From Nitrospirota bacterium (GTDB lineage: Bacteria > Nitrospirota > UBA9217), in NCBI GenBank assembly GCA_963790205.1, contig CAWBNQ010000005.1:64001-128000 (forward strand): a DNA stretch of 64,000 nt. Direction: 5' to 3'. Shown piece after piece: positions 30,001 through 43,016 of this stretch. The notes beneath the pieces are model-generated. The model saw only the letters and a program-made list of their open reading frames with translations. It did no database searches and was not told the origin of the DNA. The position numbers and the translations under genes were made by a program. The first letter of the stretch is position 1, and the number at the start of each line of letters is the position of its first letter.

Positions 30001-30210
30001 TCCTTCGGTATTAACGACCTTTCCATTCTTTGTATAGACGAGGATGCCGCAGCCCACGGAACAGTAGGGACAGACCGTGCGTGTTTCTTCGGCGTCCTTG
30101 ATCCTGAGCTCTTGCGCGTACGCCTTTGCGGGATCAAGATTGATGCCGAGCGAGCCGAGCAAAACCGTGCTGCCTGAGATCTTCATAAAATCCCGTCGCG
30201 ATACCCCCAT
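27061..30210 (-). CDS. fdnG: formate dehydrogenase alpha subunit, selenoprotein (UGA at 29605-29607), Tat-exported
   Basis: SRRDFMK Tat motif, CPYCSVGC, EHQARI-U-HSATVAALGESFGRGAMTNHW joining two track ORFs in frame; ALRGESNVQG. Confidence 0.95.
29565..29604 (-). promoter_or_regulatory. bacterial SECIS element
   Basis: hairpin GCGGCTC-TGGGA-GAGTCGT starting about 16 nt 3' of the Sec UGA. Confidence 0.65.
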
Positions 30211-30580
30211 AGAATGACCTCCTTGTGATCACTGTTTTATTTTTGAGCTTGATGACAGTCATTGTTGAACGCAGATTTGAATCTGCGTGGAAGGTTTAAC
30301 TTGCATTAAAAAAGGGAGATTGATCGCTCATTAGTTACGAGCCGCTTGGAAATGTATATGACAGTTAATATAGCAAATAAAATTCCATGTGTCGAGGCAT
30401 GTCGGGCGATTATTTTTTTTACGGGCAATCTTTTCCTCGTTTAGATGTTTAATGACCCCGCAACAAGTGAACAGAAGCATGCATTCTCGCTGTTTTCGGA
30501 GGACCCCTCACTCTGTTATCCGCTTGTTACGATAAAATGGTGGATGCGGCAACGGCAAAAATAGGACTTTTTCTATCCGC

Positions 30581-30609
30581 TTGACTTTCACGGGCGTCTT
30601 TGCTATGTT
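30581..30609 (+). promoter_or_regulatory. promoter of hsp20-lon
   Basis: TTGACT-N17-TATGTT with extended TG. Confidence 0.55.
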
Positions 30610-30769
30610 CTTAACAAGTAAAAGGAATTTTATTATCCCTTTTTGTTGAAAAGACGCTACAATTAAATAAAGTGTCAGTAATGTCTGAATCCTTAATCCC
30701 GAACCGGGAGAGACCTCTCAGGGATCATTATCAGTAGATGACCAGAAGGCTGAAAGGGGGGCGGGTTGA

Positions 30770-31171
30770 TTGCGTTACAAATATATCGCCTATAAATATA
30801 CCAGGAGGGGACGTTCGGAAGTTGCCTTCCAAGGCGCCTGGGAGTCCTTCGGCGCATGGCCCCAGCCGTCGGCCATCATCTGGAGACCGCCAACCGACGT
30901 CTATGAGACACCGGATGAGCTCGTTGTCGTCATCGACCTTGCCGGCGTGTCGGAAGACGACATGGCGGTAACGCTGTTCAGCGACCTGCTCGTCGTGGAG
31001 GGAAGGCGCATGCAGCCACCCTGCGCTGAGATGAATGCGTGCCACCAGCTCGGCATCAAGTACGGCGATTTCAGGTCGGAGGTCCATGTCCCGGTCTCTG
31101 TTGACAGCGAAAAGGTCAACGCCGAGTATAAGAACGGTTTGCTCAAGGTCGTGCTCAGGAAGCTCACTTGA
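30770..31171 (+). CDS. Hsp20/alpha-crystallin small heat-shock protein
   Basis: PPTDVYET..VIDLAGV..YGDFRSEV..AEYKNGLLKV. Confidence 0.88.
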   Translation: MRYKYIAYKYTRRGRSEVAFQGAWESFGAWPQPSAIIWRPPTDVYETPDELVVVIDLAGVSEDDMAVTLFSDLLVVEGRRMQPPCAEMNACHQLGIKYGDFRSEVHVPVSVDSEKVNAEYKNGLLKVVLRKLT

Positions 31172-31200
31172 GAGAGACAGGCAGGCGCAGGTAAACAACG

Positions 31201-33633
<2,433 letters not shown>

Positions 33634-33750
33634 TGGGGTCTGCAGCAGAGCGCAGCGGTAAGCACGAAATCTCAAGCACGAAACAATGCGTAAAGTAAAT
33701 AACTCCAAATCTCAAGGTCCAAACTGTTTGTGGTTCGGTGTTTTCGCGAT

Positions 33751-34620
33751 ATGAATTCTCACGCAATGCCCAGAAGGCTTCCTCCCTGGTTCAAGCTCAA
33801 GCGTAGGGCAGGGGAGCAGTTGAACACGGTCCGGAGCCTGATCTTGACCAACAAGCTTCACACGGTCTGCCAAAGCGCGGCCTGCCCGAACCAGACCGAA
33901 TGCTGGAATGAAGGCACGGCAACATTCATGGTCCTCGGCAACGTCTGTACCCGCGGATGCAGGTTCTGCAATGTTCCCAAAGGCGTTCCGCAGGGTTTGG
34001 ACCTGGATGAACCTAATCGCGTGGCCGATGCCGTAGCAGCCCTGAAGCTCAACTATGCCGTAGTCACTTCGGTCACGCGTGACGATCTTGCTGACGGCGG
34101 GGCGGAGATCTTCGCCCGGACCATCCAGGCCATCCGCTCAAAGTCTCCAGAATGCCGCATAGAAGTTCTGATCCCCGATTTTCAAGGCTCCGAGCCATCG
34201 CTCAGAATTGTTATTGACGCTAAGCCCGATATCCTTAACCACAATCTTGAAACCGTGCCGTCCCTTTATTCCCGTGTAAGGCCCCAAGCTGATTATCGCA
34301 GGTCCCTGGAGCTTCTTTCCCGTGCCAGAGCCTGCGGCGCTGTTACAAAGACAGGGCTTATGCTGGGACTCGGCGAGGAGAGAGAGGAACTTCTCGCGGT
34401 CATGCGTGATTTATGCGATGTCGGCTGCTCCATCCTGACACTGGGTCAATATCTCCGGCCAAGCAAGACCCACCTGGCAGTTGAGAAATACTACCATCCT
34501 GATGAATTTGCATTACTGCGGGACCAGGCTCTGGCCCTGGGCTTCCATCAAGTTGTAGCAGGCCCGCTTGTCAGAAGTTCGTATCACGCGGAGAAATACG
34601 GAACAGCGAGCAGCGGCTAG
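33751..34620 (+). CDS. lipA: lipoyl synthase
   Basis: CQSAACPNQTEC, CTRGCRFC, VRSSYHA. Confidence 0.95.
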   Translation: MNSHAMPRRLPPWFKLKRRAGEQLNTVRSLILTNKLHTVCQSAACPNQTECWNEGTATFMVLGNVCTRGCRFCNVPKGVPQGLDLDEPNRVADAVAALKLNYAVVTSVTRDDLADGGAEIFARTIQAIRSKSPECRIEVLIPDFQGSEPSLRIVIDAKPDILNHNLETVPSLYSRVRPQADYRRSLELLSRARACGAVTKTGLMLGLGEEREELLAVMRDLCDVGCSILTLGQYLRPSKTHLAVEKYYHPDEFALLRDQALALGFHQVVAGPLVRSSYHAEKYGTASSG

Positions 34621-34755
34621 TCAATTATCCCGCTATAAAATATTTATCCTCTGCGCTAATCATCTTTTGCTTCACCTTCAAAACGACACTTTTAAATAAG
34701 CAGGGAGTGTGGTGGGAAAAAACCAGGACATGCCGCATCCTGGCTTATTTGAACG

Positions 34756-34783
34756 ATTTAACATAATATACATTATCAGACAA
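34756..34783 (-). other. dif: dif site (XerC/XerD chromosome dimer resolution)
   Basis: TTGTCTGATAA-TGTATA-TTATGTTAAAT; spacer and XerD arm match the E. coli dif consensus; AT-rich intergenic gap. Confidence 0.88.
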
Positions 34784-34897
34784 TAATAAATTTAATGTAT
34801 ATGTTTATTATATAGCCTATAAGCTATTGTTTTAAAGTATTAATAATATATGTTATGTGCATAGTTATGCCTCATCTGATAAAAAGGCAATATTCAT

Positions 34898-34978
34898 TCG
34901 CAGATTTCAGAGATTAAATTAAATGGGAACAGGCTCTTATTAGGAATGTTTAATCAGCGTCATCTGCGAAATCCGTGG
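34898..34978. repeat. periodic inverted-repeat element (9-nt CGCAGATT units), no gene inside
   Basis: TCGCAGATTTCAGAGATT ... AATCAGCGTCATCTGCGAAATCCGTGG. Confidence 0.6.
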
Positions 34979-35034
34979 AATAGATAGATTAGATGAGATA
35001 ATAGAAGTATTTGGGCAGGTTGTGTGAATTGTTG

Positions 35035-35919
35035 TTAGAATTTCATGCTCGCCATACCGATGACCCGGCTTGCATTTTCGAACCCTTCTACTCGTTTACG
35101 CAGGAACTGAGAACCGATCGTAAGGTTGAACCTTTCACTGACCAATCTCAAGCCTAAGGTCAGCGCGGTATAATCGCCGCCCACCGCGGATATCTTATCG
35201 ATGCCGTTTACCAGGTTATATTCTACGATTACCTGTAGATTACGATATTTGCTGATAGGATAAAGCAGCCCGATATTCAGGATCCCATACATGTCCCTGA
35301 AACGGTCATCTGTTGAGTCGTGGACCACCATTTGACCGTCAATGCAGGCAAGGAGGGCATGGTCTCCCCATGTAATCTCACGGCCGGCGGACAGACCGAA
35401 TTTCGCTCCCCAATGAGCTACAACGCCAAGGTTCAAATCTCTGTCGCCCGTAGGCGCGATGCCGGTGACGATCAAGGCCACAGCGGGGTACAGAGAAGAT
35501 TCGGTTTGAGGCAGAAAATTCCACTTGTACGACAGTTCCGTGTCCCCTGTCCCTTTCCTCGTCTCTCCCTGGTTCATGGTTATATGAAAATCGGAGCTTT
35601 GAACAGCTAACTCCATATTTTGAGCAATTCCCGCTGTTATGCTGAGAATGGGCAGTTCGCTGACAGTGAAGTCAGGAATGGTGCTGTTTTCCGAAAGAGT
35701 AGCGGCTGCAATCTCTATCGATCGTGTCGGGAGTGTGAAGGGGGCAGTCGTGAACACGAGACCAGTGAGGCCGGACATATTGACCGGCCGGTTTATCAGT
35801 TCGAGCTCTTCAGCCGGGGAAGAAGAAGTCGAAAGGAGCAGGACGATCGCCGTCAAAAGCAGCAGAACAAGGGATTGGCGCATGTTTCGAGAGAGTGTCT
35901 TGTGACGGGAAATAGCCAT
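35035..35919 (-). CDS. exported protein, probable outer-membrane beta-barrel
   Basis: signal peptide, GLTGLVFTT, alternating beta-strand pattern, C-terminal Phe. Confidence 0.65.
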   Translation of the reverse strand: MAISRHKTLSRNMRQSLVLLLLTAIVLLLSTSSSPAEELELINRPVNMSGLTGLVFTTAPFTLPTRSIEIAAATLSENSTIPDFTVSELPILSITAGIAQNMELAVQSSDFHITMNQGETRKGTGDTELSYKWNFLPQTESSLYPAVALIVTGIAPTGDRDLNLGVVAHWGAKFGLSAGREITWGDHALLACIDGQMVVHDSTDDRFRDMYGILNIGLLYPISKYRNLQVIVEYNLVNGIDKISAVGGDYTALTLGLRLVSERFNLTIGSQFLRKRVEGFENASRVIGMASMKF

Positions 35920-36521
35920 CAGTTCTGTCCTATCTTCGGTTCTGTCCCGGCGATGAGCCGTTTGATGTTCTCACGATGCCGGTAGTAGATCATGCCGAAA
36001 ATGAAAAGCGAAAGCAGGCTCATGGGCCTCGAAGCTCCATACAGGGCGAAGGTAAGCACGGGATAGAGCACAAAGGACAGGAGCGCGGAAAGAGATGAAT
36101 ACCGCCAGACAGCGGCGGCAAAAAGCCAGGCGATAAGACAGGCAAACCCGATCCAGGGAACTGTCGCCAGGACCACGCCGTAGCTTGTCGCCACGCCCTT
36201 CCCGCCCTTGAATCCGAGATAGACGGGGAAATTGTGCCCGAGAACGGCCGCGGCCCCGGATAAAGACGCAAGAGCATCATCATGGAACAGGAATCGTACT
36301 GCCAGGACGGGCAGAAGCCCTTTGAAGCAGTCGGCAAGCAGGGTTAAGGCCGCAGCCCTCTTGCCCGCGGCGCGCAGGACATTCGTGGCCCCGATGTTGC
36401 CGCTCCCCACAGTTCGGACGTCGACGTTCGAAAACAGCCTGCTGAAAAGAAGCCCGAACGGCACGGCGCCGAGAAGGTAGGACAGTATGACAGCGAGTAT
36501 AATGATCAGCTTATAGTTCAT
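35919..36521 (-). CDS. plsY: glycerol-3-phosphate acyltransferase PlsY
   Basis: GSGNIGATN, GHNFPVY..FKGGKGVAT, RHRENIKRL. Confidence 0.95.
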   Translation of the reverse strand: MNYKLIIILAVILSYLLGAVPFGLLFSRLFSNVDVRTVGSGNIGATNVLRAAGKRAAALTLLADCFKGLLPVLAVRFLFHDDALASLSGAAAVLGHNFPVYLGFKGGKGVATSYGVVLATVPWIGFACLIAWLFAAAVWRYSSLSALLSFVLYPVLTFALYGASRPMSLLSLFIFGMIYYRHRENIKRLIAGTEPKIGQN

Positions 36522-36615
36522 AGCTCAATGTTCAGAGTTTTTTGTTGAAACTACAGCGAGTACAATGACTCAATACTAATACAAACGAAGTAAATATTGT
36601 TACATCCAGGAAAGT

Positions 36616-36650
36616 CCCCCCTCACCCGGCCCTCTCCCGTCTGGGGGACG
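36616..36650. repeat. REP-like half element
   Basis: CCCCCTCACCCGGCCCTCTCCCGTCTGGGGGA; same family as 49051-49146. Confidence 0.55.
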
Positions 36651-36734
36651 TGAAGGTCCGTAAATGAAGGGACAAAAGGTGAAAAGCAAATCAGTAACGA
36701 TTTCAAATGCGTATGTATTAAAAACTCAAAACTA

Positions 36735-37286
36735 CTACTGGTCGAGCTGGTTCCAGTACTTCATGAAATACTGCACTGCCGAGAACACGGCAAGGAACAT
36801 GGCGACCCAGAGCGCGATACGGCCGAGGTCCGTCAGCCAGCCCTTGTCCAGATAATAGTCGAGCAGGAGCGAGAGCACAGCGGTAATCTGCGCGCCGACC
36901 TTGTATTTCCCAACCGTTTCCGCCGGAATGACGATCCCTTCGCTGGCGGCTATGGCGCGGAGCCCTGTCACGGCGAACTCCCGTCCGATAAGGACGATGG
37001 CCATCCAGGAACGCACGACCTCGGAGCGTATTTCCACCAGAGTGACCAGCGCGGCCATGATCAATATTTTGTCGGCAATCGGGTCGAGCAGCTTGCCGAC
37101 CTTGGTCACCTGTCCCCACTTCCGTGCGAGATAACCGTCGAGCCAGTCGGTTGCAGATGCCAGTGAAAAAACGATGCCGGCAACAAGGGCCCGGACAGGG
37201 CTGGGCTCGAGCATGAGAATGATGAACACCGGCACAGACAGGATCCTGCTCAGCGAGAGAAGGTTCGGTACGTTAAAAATTTTCAC
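36735..37286 (-). CDS. pgsA: CDP-diacylglycerol--glycerol-3-phosphate 3-phosphatidyltransferase
   Basis: PNLLS..TDWLDGYLAR..GKLLDPIADK; GTG start overlapping the upstream stop. Confidence 0.93.
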   Translation of the reverse strand: MKIFNVPNLLSLSRILSVPVFIILMLEPSPVRALVAGIVFSLASATDWLDGYLARKWGQVTKVGKLLDPIADKILIMAALVTLVEIRSEVVRSWMAIVLIGREFAVTGLRAIAASEGIVIPAETVGKYKVGAQITAVLSLLLDYYLDKGWLTDLGRIALWVAMFLAVFSAVQYFMKYWNQLDQ

Positions 37287-38182
37287 GGCTGCCTCCTCCA
37301 CCTGCGGTGCATCCAGACCCACTGCTCGGGGTTTCGCGCGATACGGTCTTCTATTTTTTGGGTAAGCATGGCGGTATTGGCAATGATGTCTTTTTCGTCA
37401 TTGCCCGTTCGCACGAGTTCGAGCGGGCCTTCAATGGTTATCGTATGCCGGTTATCGTCGCCGCGCTGGATCGTGCCGAATATCATCGGCGCTCCGAATT
37501 TGATCGCCATGGAAGCCGCGGCCGTGGGAGTCCAGGCCGGCCTGCCCATAAAATCCACGAAAGCGCTCTCCACATCCGTGTCTTGATCGATCAGTATGCC
37601 GAGGATCCTGTTTTCCTTGAATATCCGTATCAATTCCCGGGATGCGCCCGGCCTGCCGCGGAGAATGGTCCTGACCCCCATTTTGGCACGCAGTCGGACG
37701 ATCATTTCGTTGACCTGCTCCGGTTCGATGGGCGCGGCAATCACGCTGAGACTATTTATTGCCGCGACGGTATGGCCCATCAGCTCCCAGTTGCCGATAT
37801 GGCCGGTGACGTAGACGACACCCTTGTTCAGGCTGAGAGCGACCCGAAGGTTCTCTTCTCCCTGAACATCAACAACCTGCGCAAGGCGGCGGGGAGAGAT
37901 GAGCATCACTTCGAGCAGGCTCTTGCCTAGATGGATGAAGCTTCGCTGCGCGGTGCGTTGTATCCAGGGACGGCCTTTCTTGCCGAACGCCATGGTAAGG
38001 TGCGCGATCGCCCTGTTCCTTTCCCGGGGAAGAATGTAGTACGCGATGAATCCGAGGATCCCGCCTGCGGATACGCCGAGACGGTAGGGCATCAGTTTCG
38101 ACACCAGCAGGATGGACCTGATTGACCAGGTAAGAGACAGGCGAGATAAGGTTTTTCGCGCTTTGTGCAGCCGGTTTTTCAT
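37283..38182 (-). CDS. lipid A late acyltransferase (LpxL/HtrB family)
   Basis: GHIGNWE, LIDQD, PEQWVWMHRRW. Confidence 0.88.
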   Translation of the reverse strand: MKNRLHKARKTLSRLSLTWSIRSILLVSKLMPYRLGVSAGGILGFIAYYILPRERNRAIAHLTMAFGKKGRPWIQRTAQRSFIHLGKSLLEVMLISPRRLAQVVDVQGEENLRVALSLNKGVVYVTGHIGNWELMGHTVAAINSLSVIAAPIEPEQVNEMIVRLRAKMGVRTILRGRPGASRELIRIFKENRILGILIDQDTDVESAFVDFMGRPAWTPTAAASMAIKFGAPMIFGTIQRGDDNRHTITIEGPLELVRTGNDEKDIIANTAMLTQKIEDRIARNPEQWVWMHRRWRRQP

Positions 38183-38700
38183 GAAGCGCCGGGCCTGTCC
38201 CGGTTTTTCAGGATGAGGTTTATTACTTCACGCACGGCACCCCGGCCCCCTGCGGTCTTCGTGATCATATCCACATGGGACCTGACGGAGGGGTCGGCAT
38301 CGGCAACGGCAGCGGCAAGGCCCACCCGCTTGAAGATCGACACATCAACAATGTCGTCGCCGATATAAGCAACCTCTTCGTCGCGCAGACCGTATTGAGA
38401 GACCAGTGAATCGTACACAATAATTTTTTCCTTGGCGCCCTGATGAACTTCTTGTATGCCCAGTTCCCGGGCACGGACATTCACTACTTCCGATGATCTG
38501 CCGGTGATGATGCCGATGACGATCCCCGCCTTCTGCGCAAGTTTTATCCCGTGGCCGTCCCTCACGTGAAAGGCTTTGGTCTCCTTCCCCTGGTCGTCCA
38601 GGATGATCGTTCCGTCGGTCATCACACCGTCCACGTCGAGCAGGAGCAGCCTGATCTTTTTTGCTTTTGATTGGAGGCTCGGTTTTTTCCCGGTTTTCAT
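38179..38700 (-). CDS. kdsC: Kdo-8-phosphate phosphatase
   Basis: DVDGVMTDG, IGDDIVD, GGRGAVRE. Confidence 0.93.
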   Translation of the reverse strand: MKTGKKPSLQSKAKKIRLLLLDVDGVMTDGTIILDDQGKETKAFHVRDGHGIKLAQKAGIVIGIITGRSSEVVNVRARELGIQEVHQGAKEKIIVYDSLVSQYGLRDEEVAYIGDDIVDVSIFKRVGLAAAVADADPSVRSHVDMITKTAGGRGAVREVINLILKNRDRPGAS

Positions 38701-38789
38701 AATTAAGAATCGCACAGGGCATGCTGCATAGAGGATAGCGCATATGTGCTTTCTGCTCTTATCTTGGCTTTCTGCGCTCTGCCTGTTTA

Positions 38790-39758
38790 CTACACAACGC
38801 CCGCTTTCAAAAGATCATGGAGGTGGATCACCCCCTCGGGCCTGTCGTCATGACCAGAAACAATAAGGCAGGTAATCGAGTTCTTTTCCATTAATGCAAC
38901 AGCCTCGGCCGCAAGGGAATCTTTATTGGCCATTTTCGGTTTCCGGGTCATGATGTCCACGGCTTTTTTAGCGAGGAGATTTTCCCCGCTCTTTTCGGTC
39001 TTCTCCATCCAGCGTCGGAGGTCCCCGTCGGAGATTACGCCCACGAGTTTCCCCGAGGCGTTCAGCACCGCGGTGATGCCCATTTTTTTCGACGATATTT
39101 CATAGATCGCATCCTTGATCAAGGTCTCCTCGGACACGACGGGAACGGCGTCTCCCGTATGCATCAGATCCCGGACGCGCAGCAGCAGCCTTTTACCGAG
39201 CGCACCGCCGGGATGAAAGCAGGCAAAGTCCTCTTCCTTGAATCCACGCTGGTCCAGGAGCACGACGGCCAGGGCGTCCCCCATGGCCAGGGTGGCCGTG
39301 GTGCTTGCCGTCGGCGCCAGCCCCAGGGGACAGGCTTCTTCCTTGACGCCGACGTTGATTACCACATCGCTGTTCTTGGCCAGGGTGGACTCGGGATTTC
39401 CCGTAAGCGCGATGATCTTTATACCGAGCCGTTTGAGCGAGGGCAGCATCAACGCGACTTCCTCGGTCTCGCCGCTATTGGACAGCGCGATCACCGTGTC
39501 TCCCCTCGTGACCATTCCGAGGTCACCGTGGATGCCTTCGGCGGGATGGAGAAAGAGGGCCGGCGTGCCCGTGGAAGCGAGCGTGGCCGCTATCTTTTTG
39601 CCGATGAGCCCGGACTTGCCCATGCCCGTCACCACCACGCGGCCTCTGCACTTGAGGACCATTTCCACTGCCTTCTCGAATTGCTCATCGATACGGTTGA
39701 CGAGCGCCGCGACCGCGTCTGCTTCTATTTTGAGGACCCGTTTTGCCCGTTCTTTCAT
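38790..39758 (-). CDS. kdsD: arabinose-5-phosphate isomerase (KpsF/GutQ)
   Basis: GMGKSGLIG, HGDLG, FHPGGALG, CBS pair. Confidence 0.93.
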   Translation of the reverse strand: MKERAKRVLKIEADAVAALVNRIDEQFEKAVEMVLKCRGRVVVTGMGKSGLIGKKIAATLASTGTPALFLHPAEGIHGDLGMVTRGDTVIALSNSGETEEVALMLPSLKRLGIKIIALTGNPESTLAKNSDVVINVGVKEEACPLGLAPTASTTATLAMGDALAVVLLDQRGFKEEDFACFHPGGALGKRLLLRVRDLMHTGDAVPVVSEETLIKDAIYEISSKKMGITAVLNASGKLVGVISDGDLRRWMEKTEKSGENLLAKKAVDIMTRKPKMANKDSLAAEAVALMEKNSITCLIVSGHDDRPEGVIHLHDLLKAGVV

Positions 39759-40576
39759 TTTTTCACGATCCTGTCTATTTCCTGGACCTGTTTCAGGAGC
39801 GCAGGAAGCTCGTCCAGGCCCAGCATGTTCGGCCCGTCGCAGAGCGCTTTGTCCGGGCAGGCGTGCACTTCCATGAACAGCGCGTCGATACCAGCCGCAA
39901 TTGCCGCCCTGGTGAGGTGCGGCACGAATTTACGGTCCCCCGACGATGCCGTGCCCCCCGCCCCCGGCAATTGCACGGAGTGTGTGGCGTCGAATACCAC
40001 GGGATATCCCAAATCGCGCATGATGGGCAGCGCGCGCATATCCGCGACGAGGTTGTTATATCCGAAGGAGACGCCCCGCTCGGTTATGATGATCTTGTCG
40101 TTGCCGGTGGACGCCGCCTTTTCTATCGCGTTCTTGATGTCCCAGGGGGCTAGAAACTGTCCCTTTTTGATATTTACTACTCTGCCCGTCTTTGCGACCT
40201 CCGTTACGAAATCGGTCTGCCTGCACAAAAAAGCGGGGATCTGCAGGATGTCCAGGATTTCGGCGGCAGGCGTGATCTCCTCAAAGCGGTGCACATCCGA
40301 GAGGAGCGGCAGGCCGAGTTCCCTGCCTACGCGGCCGAGGATGCGCAGGCCTTCCCTGAGCCCCGGTCCCCGGTAGGACTTTGCCGAACTGCGGTTGGCC
40401 TTGTCGAAGGACGACTTGAAAATGAAGGGCATGCCGAGTCCCGTGGTGATCTGCTTGAGCCGCATTGCTGCATCCATTGTCGCGTCTTCAGACTCGATTA
40501 CACAGGGACCGGCGATCAACACGACCGGGTTATTGCCGCCGATCGTTACGTTTTTGACGATGACCGTTCTTATCAC
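39755..40576 (-). CDS. kdsA: Kdo-8-phosphate synthase
   Basis: [33 protein letters not shown]. Confidence 0.95.
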   Translation of the reverse strand: MIRTVIVKNVTIGGNNPVVLIAGPCVIESEDATMDAAMRLKQITTGLGMPFIFKSSFDKANRSSAKSYRGPGLREGLRILGRVGRELGLPLLSDVHRFEEITPAAEILDILQIPAFLCRQTDFVTEVAKTGRVVNIKKGQFLAPWDIKNAIEKAASTGNDKIIITERGVSFGYNNLVADMRALPIMRDLGYPVVFDATHSVQLPGAGGTASSGDRKFVPHLTRAAIAAGIDALFMEVHACPDKALCDGPNMLGLDELPALLKQVQEIDRIVKK

Positions 40577-42234
40577 GACTGCTTCACCCGCTCTTTTTGC
40601 TTTAACGCTGCATTGATGAATGCCGTGAACAACGGATGCGGCTTGCGCGGCGTTGACTTGAACTCGGGATGGAACTGGCATCCGAGGAACCAGGGATGGT
40701 CCTTGAGTTCCACGATCTCGACCAGTTCGCCGTCCGGAGAGAGGCCGCTGATCACGAGCCCGGCCTTTTTCAGCGTGTCTTTATAACGGTTATTGAATTC
40801 GTACCGGTGGCGATGTCGCTCGGAGATCTCTCCCGCGCCGTATGCTGCGTAGGCATGGGTCCCTTTCTCAATCTGGCAAGGGTACGCGCCCAGGCGCATG
40901 CTGCCGCCTTTATCGCAGGCCATATCCCGCTTTTGCATGGACTGGGTGCGGTAATCGAACCACTGTTCAAGGAGATAGATCACGGGGTCCGGCGTCTGCT
41001 GGTCGAATTCCGAGCTGTTCGCCTTCTTGATACCGGCGAGGTTGCGCGCCATTTCGATCACGGCGCACTGCATGCCGAGGCAGATGCCGAAGTAGGGAAT
41101 CTTGTTCTCCCGCGCGTAGGTGACCGTGGCGATCTTGCCCTCTACCCCGCGGATGCCGAACCCGCCGGGAACAAGAATGCCGTCCATGTTCTTGAGCATT
41201 TCCTGCGCGCCTTTGCTCTCGACATCCTCCGAATCCACCCAACGGATATTCACCTTCGCGTCATTGGCAATGCCGCCGTGCGTAAGCGCTTCGCAGAGGC
41301 TCTTGTACGCTTCTTTGAGATCAATATATTTTCCGACCAGGGCGATGGTGACGTTCTTTGAAGGATGCTTGATGCGCTCGACGATCGTCTCCCACGTTTT
41401 CAGGTCGTTTTTGGAAGTCTTGAGTTCAAGCAGCTCGACGATCCGGTCGTCGATCCCCTCTTCGTGCAGATGGAGCGGGACCTCATAAATCGTTTCAACG
41501 TCCTGGGCGGTAATGACCGCGTTCTCATCAACGTTACAGAAGAGCGCGATCTTGCGCTTCATATCTTTGGGGATCGGCCGGTCGCTTCGACAGACAAGGA
41601 TGTTCGGCTGGATACCGATGGAGAGGAGCTCCTTGACGCTGTGTTGCGTGGGCTTGCTCTTGAGCTCGTCCGCGGCTTTTATGAACGGCACGAGCGTAAG
41701 GTGGACGTAGAGGACATTCTGCCTGCCGAGGTTGTATCTCATCTGTCTGATGGCTTCGAGGAACGGAAGGCTTTCGATGTCGCCGATGGTGCCGCCAATC
41801 TCGACGATCACGACGTCTTCATCGTCCGCGAGGTCCGTTATCGCGCGTTTGATCTCGTCGGTGATGTGCGGCACTACCTGGACCGTGCCTCCCAGGTAGT
41901 CTCCCCGCCGTTCCTTGGTGATCACATTGTTATAGATCCTGCCGGAGGTGAAATTGTTCTTCTGGCCGGTAGTGACGTTGCTGTACCGTTCGTAATGCCC
42001 CAAATCGAGATCGGTCTCCGCGCCGTCATCGGTCACGTAGACCTCGCCGTGCTGGAAGGGGCTCATCGTGCCCGGGTCGACGTTGATATACGGATCGAGT
42101 TTGAGGAAGGTCACCTTCAGTCCCCTGCTCTCGAGGAGCGCGCCGATCGAGGCGGCGGCAAGCCCCTTTCCGAGCGATGAGACCACTCCGCCGGTCACGA
42201 AAATGTATTTGGTCGGGACCTTTTTCTTTTCCAT
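40573..42234 (-). CDS. pyrG: CTP synthase
   Basis: [30 protein letters not shown]. Confidence 0.98.
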   Translation of the reverse strand: MEKKKVPTKYIFVTGGVVSSLGKGLAAASIGALLESRGLKVTFLKLDPYINVDPGTMSPFQHGEVYVTDDGAETDLDLGHYERYSNVTTGQKNNFTSGRIYNNVITKERRGDYLGGTVQVVPHITDEIKRAITDLADDEDVVIVEIGGTIGDIESLPFLEAIRQMRYNLGRQNVLYVHLTLVPFIKAADELKSKPTQHSVKELLSIGIQPNILVCRSDRPIPKDMKRKIALFCNVDENAVITAQDVETIYEVPLHLHEEGIDDRIVELLELKTSKNDLKTWETIVERIKHPSKNVTIALVGKYIDLKEAYKSLCEALTHGGIANDAKVNIRWVDSEDVESKGAQEMLKNMDGILVPGGFGIRGVEGKIATVTYARENKIPYFGICLGMQCAVIEMARNLAGIKKANSSEFDQQTPDPVIYLLEQWFDYRTQSMQKRDMACDKGGSMRLGAYPCQIEKGTHAYAAYGAGEISERHRHRYEFNNRYKDTLKKAGLVISGLSPDGELVEIVELKDHPWFLGCQFHPEFKSTPRKPHPLFTAFINAALKQKERVKQS

Positions 42235-42236
42235 GT

Positions 42237-43016
42237 CTAATCTCTTCTTTCTTCCAGCCGTTGCAATATTTTACTCAAATCCCCGGGGATGTCAACACCA
42301 AAGGATTCGTGCCCGGTTACGACGGTCTTGATCCGGTGTCCCGATTCGAGCGCCCGGAGCTGTTCGAGCTTCTCCGCGGCTTCGAGCGGGGTCTGCGGCA
42401 TCTTTGCATAGGCAAGGAGGAAGTCCCGGCGGTAAACATACAGGCCTATGTGTTTGTACATGGAACCGGCGAACGGCATGTCGCCGAATGAGTTTTTACC
42501 CGCCCAGCAATCGCGGTCCCAGGGAATAGGTGCCCGCGAAAAATAAAGTGCAAAGCCCTTTTTGTCGAACACTACCTTGACCACGTTCGGATCAAAGGCC
42601 TCGCTCCGGTCCTCTATCTTTTTGCATACCGTACCCATTCGGAGAGAAGCATCCTTGACAAGCGGCGTGACGGCTTCGTCTATCATATCCGGATGGATTA
42701 ATGGTTCATCGCCCTGTACATTGACCACGATATCGCAGGTCAACGCACGGGCGACCTCGGCGATTCTGTCCGTTCCGGTGGAATGATCGGAAGAGGTCAT
42801 GACCGCTTCGCCGCCAAAGGCTGTAACCGCTTTCCGGATACGCTCGTCGTCCGTGGCCACCATGACCCGGCTGACGAGCCGCGACTGCTTTGTCCGCTCG
42901 TATACCCACTGGATCATCGGTTTGTCTTTGATCAGCGCGAGCGATTTTCCGGGAAACCGCGTGGAGCCGTACCGTGCGGGGATGATGGCTACGATGGTGT
43001 TCAGGTCGTTCTTCAT
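42237..43016 (-). CDS. kdsB: CMP-Kdo synthetase
   Basis: [29 protein letters not shown]. Confidence 0.95.
   Translation of the reverse strand: MKNDLNTIVAIIPARYGSTRFPGKSLALIKDKPMIQWVYERTKQSRLVSRVMVATDDERIRKAVTAFGGEAVMTSSDHSTGTDRIAEVARALTCDIVVNVQGDEPLIHPDMIDEAVTPLVKDASLRMGTVCKKIEDRSEAFDPNVVKVVFDKKGFALYFSRAPIPWDRDCWAGKNSFGDMPFAGSMYKHIGLYVYRRDFLLAYAKMPQTPLEAAEKLEQLRALESGHRIKTVVTGHESFGVDIPGDLSKILQRLEERRD

Noticed and set aside
30352..30374. TATAT-N7-AATAT upstream of fdh as a ModE box
   Set aside because: Weak match in AT-rich DNA; cannot be distinguished from chance.
30684..30710. CTGAATCC and CCCGAACC as a c-di-AMP (ydaO) riboswitch
   Set aside because: The spacing is too short and the other conserved segments are missing.
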